A DNA stretch of 64,000 nucleotides, from contig CM022665.1 of assembly GCA_012295275.1 (NCBI GenBank), forward strand, positions 3,224,001-3,288,000, given 5' to 3'. The position numbers were made by a program, and so were the translations under genes. The stretch is from Chrysomallon squamiferum (taxonomy: Eukaryota > Animalia > Mollusca). Under the pieces are notes generated by a model, which did not search any database, had not been told where the DNA came from, and saw nothing but the letters and a program-made list of their open reading frames with translations. Positions within the stretch are counted from its first letter, which is position 1, and every line of letters begins with the position of its first letter. Positions 13,729-27,303 of this stretch are shown here, piece by piece.

Positions 13729-14994
13729 ATGTATGTGTGTGTGTGGCTGTGGGTGTATGTGTGTGTAACTGTACAAGCTGAATTATAATATTATTATTAT
13801 AACACACATTAACTTGTTTTTCAAAGGAAACATTCCACACTGCTATGGACGGAAATAATCTACTTACAGTCTATATGTAACAGCTGTTTGACCAACATGA
13901 CCTGCATAAAATACAGTTTGTACTTTCTAAAAATACACTTAGTGCATGCTGCATTCAAATACTTTCAGAAACTATTCTTCATGGCAGATACGCACTGTGA
14001 TTGCACTAGTGTTATACACTGATATCAAACCACTAGGTGACGATGACACGTGAGATAATAGCTAGACATGAAAGCATGAAACGTATTCTTTCTTTATTCA
14101 GACTTGAAATATTTCCTGTTTTATTTCTATTTTTCAGCCTGGACGAGTGGCAAATCTAGTCGAATGCAAAGGGGTAGGTTGTTTTCTTTTGCTCTTTTGA
14201 AATAAACAACCGTGCAAATAAATGGTACTGTTGTGACGGCTTACAGTACGCTTGAATACTGTGACCAGGATGGTTTACAAAGATGTTTAGATGTTGTTAG
14301 CTGTAGGTGGAGTTCCGAGTTAAACATGTACAGGATAAAAAAATTGTCAGTTTATATAAATGTACTGACTATTCGCCATTTTGGCACATACACAAGATTC
14401 CTGGAACCATACGTTCGCGGATAAAGTGGGACTGACTATAATTATATGAGAACAGGACGTGGATCTTACAACCAAATTTGTAAACAAACAAGTCATAACA
14501 TTTAACAGTTTAGGGCAAGGTCAGATTTTGATTCATAAACAGATATGTTATTTAAACTATTTATACATTTATTGTAGGGAGTTGTTTGGGGAGTTGCCTT
14601 CAGAGTGAACGGGAAAGAGCAGGTCGCCAAAGCACTGGATCACCTTACTAACAGGGAAATGAAAAATGGCGGCTATACAACATTACAGACGACTTTCTAT
14701 CCCCGGGATAAAAACAAGTGCGTGCCAGTCCTGGTTTTCACAGCTACTGAAGATAACCAGTACTACCTTGGGGATGCCGACATACCTCAGATGTCCAAAC
14801 AGATTGTAACGGCGAAAGGACATGCCGGCAGCAATGTGGAATACGTGACGAAACTCGCAGATTACGTCCGAAATTACATTCCTGAAGACAACGATGAACA
14901 TCTTTTTGACCTGGACACCAAAGTTCGTGACGACTTGAAAACGAAACGACTGTGTTCCCACCTACTGATGCTCCATATTGGAAGTCATCGCTGA
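13445..14994 (+). CDS. CHAC1: Glutathione-specific gamma-glutamylcyclotransferase (ChaC family, CHAC1-like), 3 exons, 212 aa
   Basis: Exons 13445-13630, 14138-14173 and 14578-14994 with GT-AG introns, all phase 0. Motifs [42 protein letters not shown] and G.AGSNVEYV are diagnostic of ChaC. CHAC1 versus CHAC2 is inferred. Confidence 0.93.
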
Positions 14995-15968
14995 ATACAT
15001 ATTTAAAAATCCTTGTAGTTATAGTCTGCGGCTTTTATTCGTATAGTAAATCTCTGTTTTAATAATTTATATATTTTAAATCTCGGCTTAGATATAATCA
15101 CTCATGAACTTGAAATCTCAGTTTTAATCTAAACATATGTGTCAGTAATTGATTCTATGCATTTATTAAAGCCACCCCTTTTTTCAATTACAGGAATGGT
15201 TTAATATGCATTTATCAAGAAATTTCGCAAAGCCACACTTTATATAACAGAATAGAGTTTTAAATGGCAACATTTATTATACGACGTTTATTGATATTTA
15301 GAAACATCTGGTCTGGTCCAGAGGGAAAACAGAAGTTTAAGTGTAAACAAGCTAATATTTTTAATATTTTATGTTCTCAATCCCCAGACTTAGCGTCAAG
15401 TATAGGATATTTTAACACAGTCAACAGCTACAAGAACTAAACACAATCACTCCCACCAAGCACTGAAACCGCTGGACGTCGTATCTGTTTTCACAACAAC
15501 ACTAAACAGACAAGTGACTTGTTTGTACTTTTAGGTGAGAAAGACGAGCTAATTAGGCGCGGTGAGCTTGCTATAATAAAACTTTACTCTTTGTGAGTCG
15601 AACGTCCACGGGTCTTTCCCGGGGCTGTTTACACAGTTTTTAAAAGGTGTTTGTCCTAGCCTATTGTTTGCCAGTGGAACATCCCAGGGGATTAACCATA
15701 GACCTTGGACGATACCCGAAAAGCCAATTTTCTAATGGTTACTGAAACACAGTGTTTAGTCAAGATGAGACGTGAACCGCGATTCTGAAGATTCAATAAC
15801 TTTTTTTTCTTTTTCTTTTTTTTCTCTGTATTCTGTGATAAGAAAAGACGCTACAGCGATACAATCTTTATCTCTCGAACAAAATGAAATATTTATAAAG
15901 CTTTTGAATAAACAAATTTTGAGAAATAAAATGATTTATTAATTTCTTCTTCTTTTTGCCACATATAG

Positions 15969-16075
<107 letters not shown>

Positions 16076-16844
16076 CTATCTGTCTCGTGTTCTTTCTTTC
16101 TTCTTTCTATCTGATTATCTCAATTTCTCATTCTTTCCGCTTTTCTCTTTTCACACACATACACACACAAAAAAACAACAACCCGAAATTAAATTAAAAC
16201 AAACAAAAAATACAAACAAAACTCGGTACATTTTTGGGGTTCGACTTAAGAAAGTGCTAAAAAAAATCCTGTTCCTGGCAGTGAGTTTTCTACCAGGTAT
16301 CCTGTTCTGTTTGGCTGCTCGCTCGCTCGCCCGCTCGCTCGCCCGGTCTCGCACATATGCTGTCTGGTTTTGTTTGACACTTCGTATAACACGGCGAATC
16401 TGATGGGATTTGTGTGTTTCCTTGCCGCGACACCTGCTGTGGTGTGTGAAGTCGGAGGTACTTGACACGCGCCTGCTGAAACGATTTCCATGTTTAATTT
16501 TTCTCTCATTTGACAATAGTAAACAAAAAGTTCAACTCTGCAGATTATTCAGTAGCGCTCCGAACTGCGGGACCACCGTGCCATTACTCGTTACGTTACT
16601 GATGCTTCGTCTTCTTCTTTTTCTACTATTACTACTACTACTGTTTCTACAACAACTGCTGCTACTATTACTTCTGCTGTTATTATTCCAACTACTACGT
16701 CTGAAGTGCTATTATTACTACCAACGGGACTATACATTGGCCAAAACGATCATATTTTGTAACATAAAATGAGCGGCAACATTCTGACAGAACACTGACA
16801 ATTACTGTTACTATTTCTGTTACTGTTATTAGTATTGTTATTAT

Positions 16845-17556
16845 GATTCAAGGAAAAAAGTCACTGAAAAAATTCTCAGAAAAAAAAGTCACAATTTTTT
16901 AATTAAAATTAAGAAATATATTAGAAATGAAAGATAGGTGAAACACATTTGATTTTAATGTTGGTGGTTTAGGCGGATGTTCCACCCAATACCACGAAGA
17001 AATTCTGCCACAGTCGCAAATTGCGGTCCTCAAGGTTCTCTCTGTAAGTCTGTTTTCATTGAACCTCGACAATTACAACTATATTTTTTACACAATTCCA
17101 CCATACCTGTGTTTTGCGAATTGTATGTTTGGTATACATGAACCCCTCACAACAGATTTTGTTACCACCCTTATTGCTATGAATAACTTCCATATTAAAC
17201 ATACTTCTGATACTGAAGTGAAGTGAAAAAAATTAACGTGCTAATCAGAGCAAGCTGTTGTGAAGCATCTGATACTAGAGCAAGCTGGAGAATATATGGT
17301 GAAACATGTTAACCTGGGACATTTTATAAATCATTTACAATAGGAAGCCCTTAGTTTACAATAGGAAAACCTTAGTCCTAATCAGTAAGCTAAACCCAAG
17401 CTAGACCCAATATGAAGCCCCTTTCTTTAATCTAGACTAATCAATAAGCTTAACAATTACCCCATGCATACTCTAATGCCACATTCAATACTCTACAAAC
17501 CCATACATTTTGTGACATTTTTCCTGTACTAAATTATGAGTTTTTTTCCTGTCACC
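16845..17556 (-). mobile_element. Non-autonomous, internally deleted Mutator-like (MULE, FLYWCH-type) DNA transposon
   Basis: Imperfect inverted ends (AGGAAAAAAGTCAC... / ...GTGACATTTTTCCTG...TTTTTTTCCTGTCACC) are flanked by the direct repeat GTTATTAT(G) at 16837 and 17557. The - strand from ATG 17193 reads MEVIHSNKGGNKICCEGFMYTKHTIRKTQVWWNCVK, then after a frameshift CNCRGSMKTDLQ (FLYWCH-like), joined to TVAEFLRGIGWNIRLNHQH* (ends 16955), which resembles a MULE transposase C-terminus. Confidence 0.75.
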
Positions 17557-17777
17557 GTTATTATGGCTTGCTTCTACTGAGACTATTAATGCAAGTTTTC
17601 TGACTGGACAAAAAAGTGTGAAAAAAAATGGTTATGATCGATATATCTTTCAAGAGTTTAATTAAAAACAAAAAGAAATTAATTAATTAAAAAATAAAAA
17701 GTAAACAAATAATAAAAATAAAATGAAAACAGTCAGATGGATTAGCAGAAATTAAAAATAACTGCGTCCTTTCACTG

Positions 17778-17811
<34 letters not shown>

Positions 17812-18869
17812 TTTTAATTTTAATTTCTTCTAAAATTATTATATCTATACGTGCGTTACTTAATGGCAGTCTAATAACGATATCGTTAATTATCTCTGTC
17901 TGTCTGTCTCTTTCCTCTCCGGAGACATAAGAATGATTAAATGTGACCTTTTTAATTCTTTGTAAGGAAATACTTTCACGCGTTCCAGGTTAGATTATTA
18001 AAAATGTCATTAATTTATCTTCTTCATTACTAATAAATGTATTCAACGATTTATGCCTTCCTTTTGATGTACAGTTCCTTTAAACTTTCAAAACCGTGTA
18101 TATATATATAAAGAAACAGCTAATCAGAAAAAGCCCTGCAAGTTGAACTCTGACCCGGAATCATCTATATTAGTTGGACGACAGCGCATATAAGTGTTTC
18201 AAGCGGCACCCATGTCACTTCTAAGGTGACTGACAAATGTTAAATTATCTGTTACATGTCACAAAATTCTTCCTTCAAACGATGACGGATGTTTTTGGGT
18301 CAGTGTGGCTGAGGGTTTGATAGATTGGCGCAGCTAATTCAAGAAACAGACGTGTCGGAAATTAAACGATGAAATTACATGTTCGTTTGCTGATGTAAAT
18401 GCTTATTTCCGTTTAAAGCCACCCTGAAAATCAGCGGAGGAAATGATCAGATTGGCTAGACGCGACCTCAACTGCCGCGTCACTTCTTTGTGACGATAGC
18501 AAAGCTCTTCGAGCTAGGAAATACCAGACATCTCCAAGAAACATTCAACGAAAATGAGACAAGTGGATTTAAGACGTTCCTAAAATGGTTCTCCAAATTA
18601 ACTTTAATTTCCCTTCCAGACAAAACGGGACTGGAGCGAATTTCAGTAAATTGGTATTAAATCCCTTGGGGTAGCAGAAAGACAAATTTATCTATCTCAG
18701 CTATATTCTATAGCCATTTCAGAACACTGACCTCAAACGTAATTTTGTGTTATTAAATGATTCAGTTGTTCTGCAATGTCATATTTTAAACGTCTCAATA
18801 TATATATATATTTTTTTTAAATGTATCAGAATATTTCCGTCTTATTGTTTATTATATGGTTCAGGTTTA

Positions 18870-18944
<75 letters not shown>

Positions 18945-19190
18945 CTTTGTTTACAAAAATACTTCTGGTTCACTTTAATATAGTGGTATATTTTTGACAA
19001 TAAAATGTGTTTCTTATGAAAACAGAATCAAACTTGTCTTTTAGCCAGCTGTACTTTATTGCACAGTTATTTCAAAACAAAGATGAAGAAGAAGAAGAAG
19101 AAGAAGAAGAAGAAAGAAAAAGGGGAGGTATCTTTTGCTTTGTAGTAGTAATTAAAAAATACAGCACATACACACACATATGCCCGCGCA

Positions 19191-19292
<102 letters not shown>

Positions 19293-22145
19293 AACACCGG
19301 CAGTCTGTCGGGAAATCTCAACTAATGTTTTATATCTGTCAGCTGGAACAATGCTTAGATCTCCAGGGATGCTTGTAATCTCCTTTGGCAGAAACATATC
19401 TTTTTTTACCAAATACCATCCCGTTGACATACGCCGAGATCTCAAAGTTTGTGATGAATTATGTTATTATGTTTAAAAATCTAAATAAACTGACCAAGGA
19501 TATAGTAACATATGGTGTGTAGAACCGTTTCGTTTAAACTTGATCGTCTTGGTGTTTGCTTTGATAAACAAACAAGTCGAATAAATAATGACAAGGACGA
19601 GATTGCTACTAACAGCAGGTTACAGATCAGATGGCCGATACGATAGTTATATTTCACTGGACGGTATAGCATGTGGTCCTCAATATCTTAAAATGCGTGT
19701 TGCGTACATCCCGGTAAGGCGTTTACAACAAATGATAGAATATACCAACTTTTCTACAATGATAGACAACAAAATAAAATAATAAATAAATAAATAAGAA
19801 AATAAAAAATGTTTAGGATAGAGACAGCTGTATTTTTCAAACTTTCGTGACATTATTTCGTCCAAAGAAATTCCTCTATCGTTTAGCTATAAGTGTTTCA
19901 ATATCTATTTTTATTTATTTCTTTTGTTGCTATTGTTTGTTGGGGTTTTTTTTATATATTTTTTTTATAGTAATTTTGTTTATTCATTATTACATTGGTT
20001 ATCGATACTCTCAGTTATATAAATCTGGTTTTACGTATTTTTGATTAAAAAAAAAAAAAGGTTACAATTAGTATGTCACTGTGACTAGCATATTTGCGAA
20101 ACGAAATGCAGTCTTTGTTGGTGCTGACAGTTTTGAAAATGTCAAGCATTTTCTTATGTTGTTTTTAACTCATCCTGCAATGCAAGATGCATGAAATAAG
20201 ATTCTCAAATTATTCAGAAATTTTCAGTTTTGTTTCCTTAAGAAGAAAAAAGTCAAGAAAGAATGGAAAGTTTTGCTAAAAGGTCATTTTCGTGTTAAGT
20301 GTTTTATGCATTTTTATGACGTAACACGAAACAGATGTTGGAGTAAGTTGATGGGATGACTCTTTTGGCGTGTGCCTGTACATCTGGCTTTGTGAGAGAG
20401 TACGCTCTTCTTTCCGCTGTGTTCAGCTCTCGAGCGAAACACGTGACATTTATTTTTTCACTTACTACGTTTACGTATTCTGGCATATTTTACTGCCGGA
20501 GCGCCACTTTCCCACGCTCCCGCTCGCGAGCAGCTCCATATGGCACACGAATGTAATGTCAACTCCAGTCCGACTCATTAAGGGGGAAATTACGAGGCAG
20601 AAACATCTGACAAAAAAGAGTAACAAGGAGAATGCCAAATCTAACTACAGGGGAGGGCGTAACTACTGTGTTGTAAGATGTAGATGTGCAGCTGGAAATC
20701 ACATCAAAATTCACATCTTGACTGAACACAAAGATAAAGACAATTATAAAGTTTTAAAAGATAAGTAAATAAACTATAGAAACAGTAACAGAAGCAGTAG
20801 ACTGTACAGTTATTAGTGGCAGAAGCAGCAATTATTGTAAGAAAGAAGAAGCTTACAAAATAACCAATGAAATAACCAATGCAATAACCAAATTTAAATG
20901 GTTTTAAAGATACATTATATATAAAGTGATCCTTTCATTCTGTTTTGATGTCTTATTTTATTATTCGAACACGTTTCTAAAAAGTAAGATGTGGTGTGGA
21001 GTGCAGACGTGTAACTTGCTTATTTAAGGCATATCGGTTTGAACTGGGAACAGCCCAGTAGTCGTCTGGTGTCTTTCAATACATCAGAATGTTTGCAGGA
21101 AACAATAACTATCGTTTTCAGTACAAATCAATTATTAATGATCATAATATAATCATGTACAACCAAAAATAACAAATCAGACATGTTTTGACATCTAAAT
21201 ACTAAAGTAAACTACAGTGTTGTTATGAAAGCACCAATTCATTGTTTGCCATTTATCTACCAAACAGTATCAAATACCCTCCCCAGTTCTATCCTGATGT
21301 ACCTAGCATCCATCAAAGAAAGAAAAGACAGACTGGGAGGCCGAAAATAAAATTAAGCAATTTGCGACGTGTGATCTTTGTTGCACGCGAACGGAAGTCA
21401 TCACAGACGCGCAAATGTTCTAACGAGACAAGCACAAATGTTCCTAAAAGTAAGCTCTTTTTAATTCGATTCAGAAACATCCTGGATGTTGCCTTAAAAT
21501 GAAATAAAGCAAACACTTCCGTTCATGTCTGTGGACACTTGGTCTTGGTGCACCTTAAGCACCTTTGTCTTCCTTTTAAGAATTACTTTGGTCAGTATTT
21601 TATATATAATTTAGTTAAGAACATTTTCAAAAATTCTGGTTAATTTAGTTAAAATTATATTTGGGCCAGCAAAATGAATTCAAGTAAATAAAAAAAGAAA
21701 GAAAGAAAAAAAAAAAAAAAAAAAAATAATTTGGGGAAAAAAAAAAGAAGCATGTGACAACTTTTGCTACATCACTTAACGTTTTTCTAAGAGCAAACTT
21801 TTTTTTTCTTTTTTGTCTGCCCTTCTTAACAGATTTGAGTTAAATACCTTTCGAGATCTGATATCCTTAGCAAATGTCAACTGTACTGAAAAACAGAAAA
21901 CGCTAAGATTTATTTCTCCCTTGTATGTTTATTTCAATTTTTTTTTTTTTTTATAAAGGTTTTTTTTTCCCATGATTTTTTTCACTTTTCATTTTTTTCT
22001 CTTTCCTTTTTTTAATTTTCTTTTCTTTTTCTTTTAGTAAAGAAAAGAAAGAAAACCTTTTTTGTTCTTATTTATTTCAAAATACTTTTTTATAACATAA
22101 GTACAAAAAAAAAAAAAAAAAAATGTCTTCAGATCAAAATAAAGT

Positions 22146-22228
22146 ACTATTCACATGACCTTATAATAAGCTATATTTAAGGGTCACTATTCACATAACC
22201 TTATAATAAGCTGTATTTAAGGGTCACT
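22146..22228. repeat. 40-bp tandem duplication (2 copies)
   Basis: ACTATTCACATGACCTTATAATAAGCTATATTTAAGGGTC repeated with 2 mismatches. Confidence 0.85.
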
Positions 22229-25200
22229 GTAATAATGTCAGGATCCAATTCTGTTTTATTGGTGCAGATAATATATTCACAACAGAGGAAGACTTTGATT
22301 ACTGCTTCGTGTTTTAATTTATTATATCGTTAGTAAAACTATTTGTTGCAGCCCTTCAAACTTACAGTCCAGTGCAGTGAAGGATTGCTTAAGACTTTGA
22401 TTTCAGTATCTTGTGTTTGATCCAGCAATAGGAACTCGTGGTTTATAACAGATTAATTAAAACTGAATTTATAAAAATAAACCCATAGTATTAGGAAATA
22501 AATAAATACATTTTCAGAAGTAACTCATACAATATTGTGAATCTTGTTGCATTTGAAGACACATTTCAGACATTCAAGGTTTTAACAGACTACAACAAAA
22601 CTTGGTGCCTGTCAGGTTTTTTTTCCAATCGTAACTCTTCTTTGTTCTTTTGGTTTGCTTATCCAAATTACAGTATAGTGTGTGATACAACAATATACTT
22701 TAAAAAGCAAGTTTAATATTTTTTCATACTCGGTCTCCAGTTTTCTAAATCTTCTCTACAAAAATGTCATTACTGTTTAACTATAAATAAAAGATATGTT
22801 GACATTTGGTTTTATATTTCATTAAAATACGTATCTTTTTAGTAAGTCATCAGTGTTGTTAACATTATGATTGGCAACACATGTAACTTAGAAATACAGG
22901 GCATTCTCTGAAGCAATCATTTTTCCAAAATTTAAATAATCAGAAAAATGTGCATTAAAATCCATTCCTGTCATTTAAGACATCACTTCAGTTTCTCATT
23001 TTTCTTACTCTTACTTCTTTTTAAAAAACCCATTTAAAATTGTTTTTAAAAAAAATGGAGAAGTGTTGTCATATTTTATATAGATAGTAAAAACACAATT
23101 CACGAGCCTGTGGGAATGAAATAGTTTCGAAAAGATAGCTAATCCTCTTGGAGACAGACATGACATTTACATTAGCATTTTTTTTAATTTACTCAACAAA
23201 CCTAGTGGTAAAATGACCAGATGGCACATATAATAGAAGGTTAAGAAAGTAGAGCATTTCATCATTTCTTGATGAAAAAAAAAAGCAATAATGATTTCTT
23301 TATTGTTTAACTGTTATAATCTGAATAACCTGGACAAAAAGCAAAAATTTGATCCAGTATTTTTAACAATTTGTTTCCCCCAACCTGCAACACCAGAAAA
23401 TTAGCAGCATTTAGTAACTTACTATTCAATTTATGTAGTCTGCATTATGAAGAAAATGACAGGTTATTTAGTAAATAAAATACAGGCTTTTGATTTTGTT
23501 ACTCCCATAAACAAAAACAACAACAACAACATTAAAAGGTCAACACAAAGATAAAGTTTTATTTCGATACAAAATTCATTTCAATGTGAAATAACGTAGT
23601 TGGGTGGAAAAAACCCAATATTGTACATTTGCTGACATTCATTAACTTTTATAAAGAACATGTGCTTTTAATTCAGAACCTCTTCTCAAAGGCATGATGG
23701 ACCAAATTGCTATTTTTGATATGTTTATTACCTGTCCATGTGGTTCTAGCTTAAAAATATGAAAATTTTGTGTTGTTTTTTTATTTATTATCTCACATAT
23801 TTTAGGAGTTTGAACATACATAAAATATATTCTATAAATTAATAGGAAAGAATATTACTGGCATGTGTGGTAAGAAAAAAACCCAAAACCCCCGAAAAAG
23901 AAAACAACAAAAATAGCAAAAAGGACCTGCTTATTAAATAAATTAAAAATTAAAAAAATAAATAAATAAAAAGAATAAAATACAAAATAAAATAAAATAA
24001 AATACAAAATAATCATAATATAATGAATAAATCTGCTGTAGTAACATTACTATCACATTCTTTACTTTTTAACATTTTTTTTGTTTGTTTAAAAAAAACA
24101 AAAAAAAAACAGTAACTGCAATATCTTTTTGCTTCTTACAACGATGTCTTGCGGAGAAGAAATTTACAGTGAAACTTTAACTGTCTATCTTTTTCTTTGA
24201 AGACTGAAAATGCTGTCCAGCTGTCGATATAATTGCTTCCATGTGTTTCACGTCCACACAAACAGTTGAAAACATATACATTACCCAAATTTTCTACAAA
24301 ATTCATAATTAATAATTGTTTTCACAGACTGAAAATAACTGGTTACTATTAAAACAATGAATTTAATAAAAGACACACACACATTAATACACACATACGC
24401 ACTTACATATTATTCATGTCAGTATTAATATAAAATTTCATTTTTACAAGATAATACCAAGACACTATAAATATAAAATATTTATTCATTGTCAATGAAA
24501 TCTCTCTCTTTACAGACACATGATAACAGAATAATATTAATATGTACACACTAATCAAAAATATTGATTTCATACTTATGATACAATGCTACTGTCGTGC
24601 AAAAATTAAAATAAGCATTAGAACTTGAAACATTCTAAATGCATTGAAAGTTAACAAACCGTTTAAAATATTAAGCTACTCTTTAAGACAAAAAAAAACA
24701 ACAAAAAAAACATTCTATGTAAAAGGTCTACTTGTGAAATTAAAAAAAGAAGACAAACCAACAGAAATGTAGTTAAAATTATATTTCTGTATGTTGAAAT
24801 AACCCGCCTCAAAAATGGTTAGCTTACTCTTGTCTTTACTGTATTCTTATCACTGAAGTACCATGATCATATTAATAATAACTTCAGTTAAATACATTTG
24901 TATATTAAATCTACAAAATTAATTTTCAAGCATTTCCTCTTATTTTATAACAATTTTTATTATAATTCAAAAGTTAGATTTATTAACGACAAATACATTA
25001 ATTATATTTTTAATGATAAATATTCACATCAATATTTGATACAAATTTATCATCACAGCAAAAGCTACTATTACCAAAAATATTCTTTACCAGTCATTTA
25101 CAAAATAACGGGGATTTAACAGTACTACTGTAATCTTTGTTAACACAGATCTCATTTCAAATGAATAAAAAGCACCATATAAAAACAAAGATTAGTAATG

Positions 25201-26520
25201 TTTTTAAGATAGTATTACTTATACTGATGCAGAAAGCCAAAATCTAGTAAAATCTAGACATATAATACATTTTATAGTTTCAGTAATTTTTTTTCCCTTC
25301 AACCACAACAGTATTCATTCGAAGACTTACTATCACACTTCAAATGCATCTAAATAAATTTTTAAAAATGTAAAAAGTGGTTTAGCAATGTTTTTCAATT
25401 GTTGCTAAAATTCATTAAATAATAAAAACAATGTACCTGTACTGCTATGTACATAATAAACTTGAAAATGTACTGACATTTACATACAATCACTTTCATG
25501 ATCACACTTGTAATAATTTATTAGTAACATTGATTTTATTACTATTTTGTATATGTATTATTTCATTCTCACTGCAATGAACTAAGTGAATTATCTTTTA
25601 AAAAACATTACATTTGAATTTATTTACACAAATTTCCAATACACTGAAAAAAAGAATTAAATAAATAAAATGTCATCAGTAACAAACAATAGTAGTTTAA
25701 ATGGTTAGAAGACTACTGAATTGAACACTAAATGTTTATTTTGGACAAAAAAAAAAAAAAAATGTCATAAACAAATCTTAAGCAGTAAAAAGCAACTACC
25801 CACCCTCTAAAAAAAAAAAAAAAAAAAGTTTGATATTCCTGCCATAATCACCATCTTTTTGAGTTCAGTGATCAAATCACTAACATAGCACTTGTACATT
25901 TTCTTTAAACAATATTAATGACACATTACAATCCGAGATTTACAAATTTATATACATATTTAAAATATTCAAAAAAATGGAGGATTTAGACAATCAAAAA
26001 GTTATTTCTGAAATTTTATTGCTTAATAACTTTTTCTTTAAAATTTAGTCTGTGTATGCATATTTTATTTCATTTTGTTTTTAAATAATTTTTAAAACAT
26101 GAAATGCAATAATAAGGACATGCTGTTTGTATTCGCTTTGTGAACCTAAAATATGTTTCATTTTTGCAAATGCAAATCCAAAGTGTGACTGCAATGACTC
26201 AAAGATGTAAAATGTAGATAAAAAAAATTCCACATAAAATGCCATTTCTGTCATAAAGTTTACATTCTGACTGTAAATTACCAAATGACAAAAGACATTT
26301 GTATTTTATATATTAAATCCTAAAACTGAAGTAAACATAATAACTTCTTATTATCTTCACTCAGTATTGAAAATTTACACAATAGGTGCATTGTTTTAGT
26401 TTTAAAATAGCTGATTAATACACAGAACCAATTCTGTTAACTGGAACTACAATGTATCAAAACACATGCGCACACATACACATTAAACATATAGTTTGTC
26501 TAAGACAAAAAAAAAATATA

Positions 26521-26553
<33 letters not shown>

Positions 26554-26794
26554 TTGCAAATACAGTAATTCAGTTAAATAAATTTGTTATGTCTGTTTAC
26601 ATATTATGCCGAAGAACAAAACTTTCCAAGAACAGGCATGCTGCTGTATCATTATAGTCAATCCTTAGTTCTTTGTAATGGGTTTGTTTGTGAAATCACT
26701 AATCCAAACATCACATAATCTTAATAAAACCAGTTTATTTCCATATAGGCTTTGTTAATCTTGAAAGACAGTTTTTGGTGAAAATTTCATTGTT

Positions 26795-27237
26795 TTATGT
26801 TGGTGTGTTTCTGCCAGAAGTAGGCAAGGAACCAGACTGGCATGGAGAATCAGCAGATCCTACAATGAAAATAAAAGTAACAATAAGAAAATGTAAAACA
26901 ATTAGAATCAAGTGATGATCACCAGCTTTTCTTTTTTTTTCATATTTTTTATTTCTATTTTTTAAATTGAGAAGTAAAATTTATAAACACCTCTTGAAAT
27001 TTATCTAGCTATTATGATTTTTTTTAAAATTAGTTATTCTAGTAGTATAAACTGCCATTGTTACACTTGAGCTGTGAACACTTTTAGAAATCTCAGAACA
27101 TTAATGTCTAAATATTTCTTCTGGGTTTTTTAAAGATTCTTCTACGGATGTTAAATCATATACAAGAAAAATTTAACTTTCAAACACAACTACCACTGCT
27201 ATTTAATGACCACAAAGAGATAAACAAATATTTATTA

Positions 27238-27303
<66 letters not shown>

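Noticed and set aside
14683-14961. 92-aa antisense ORF
   Set aside because: Shadow of CHAC1 exon 3 on the opposite strand.
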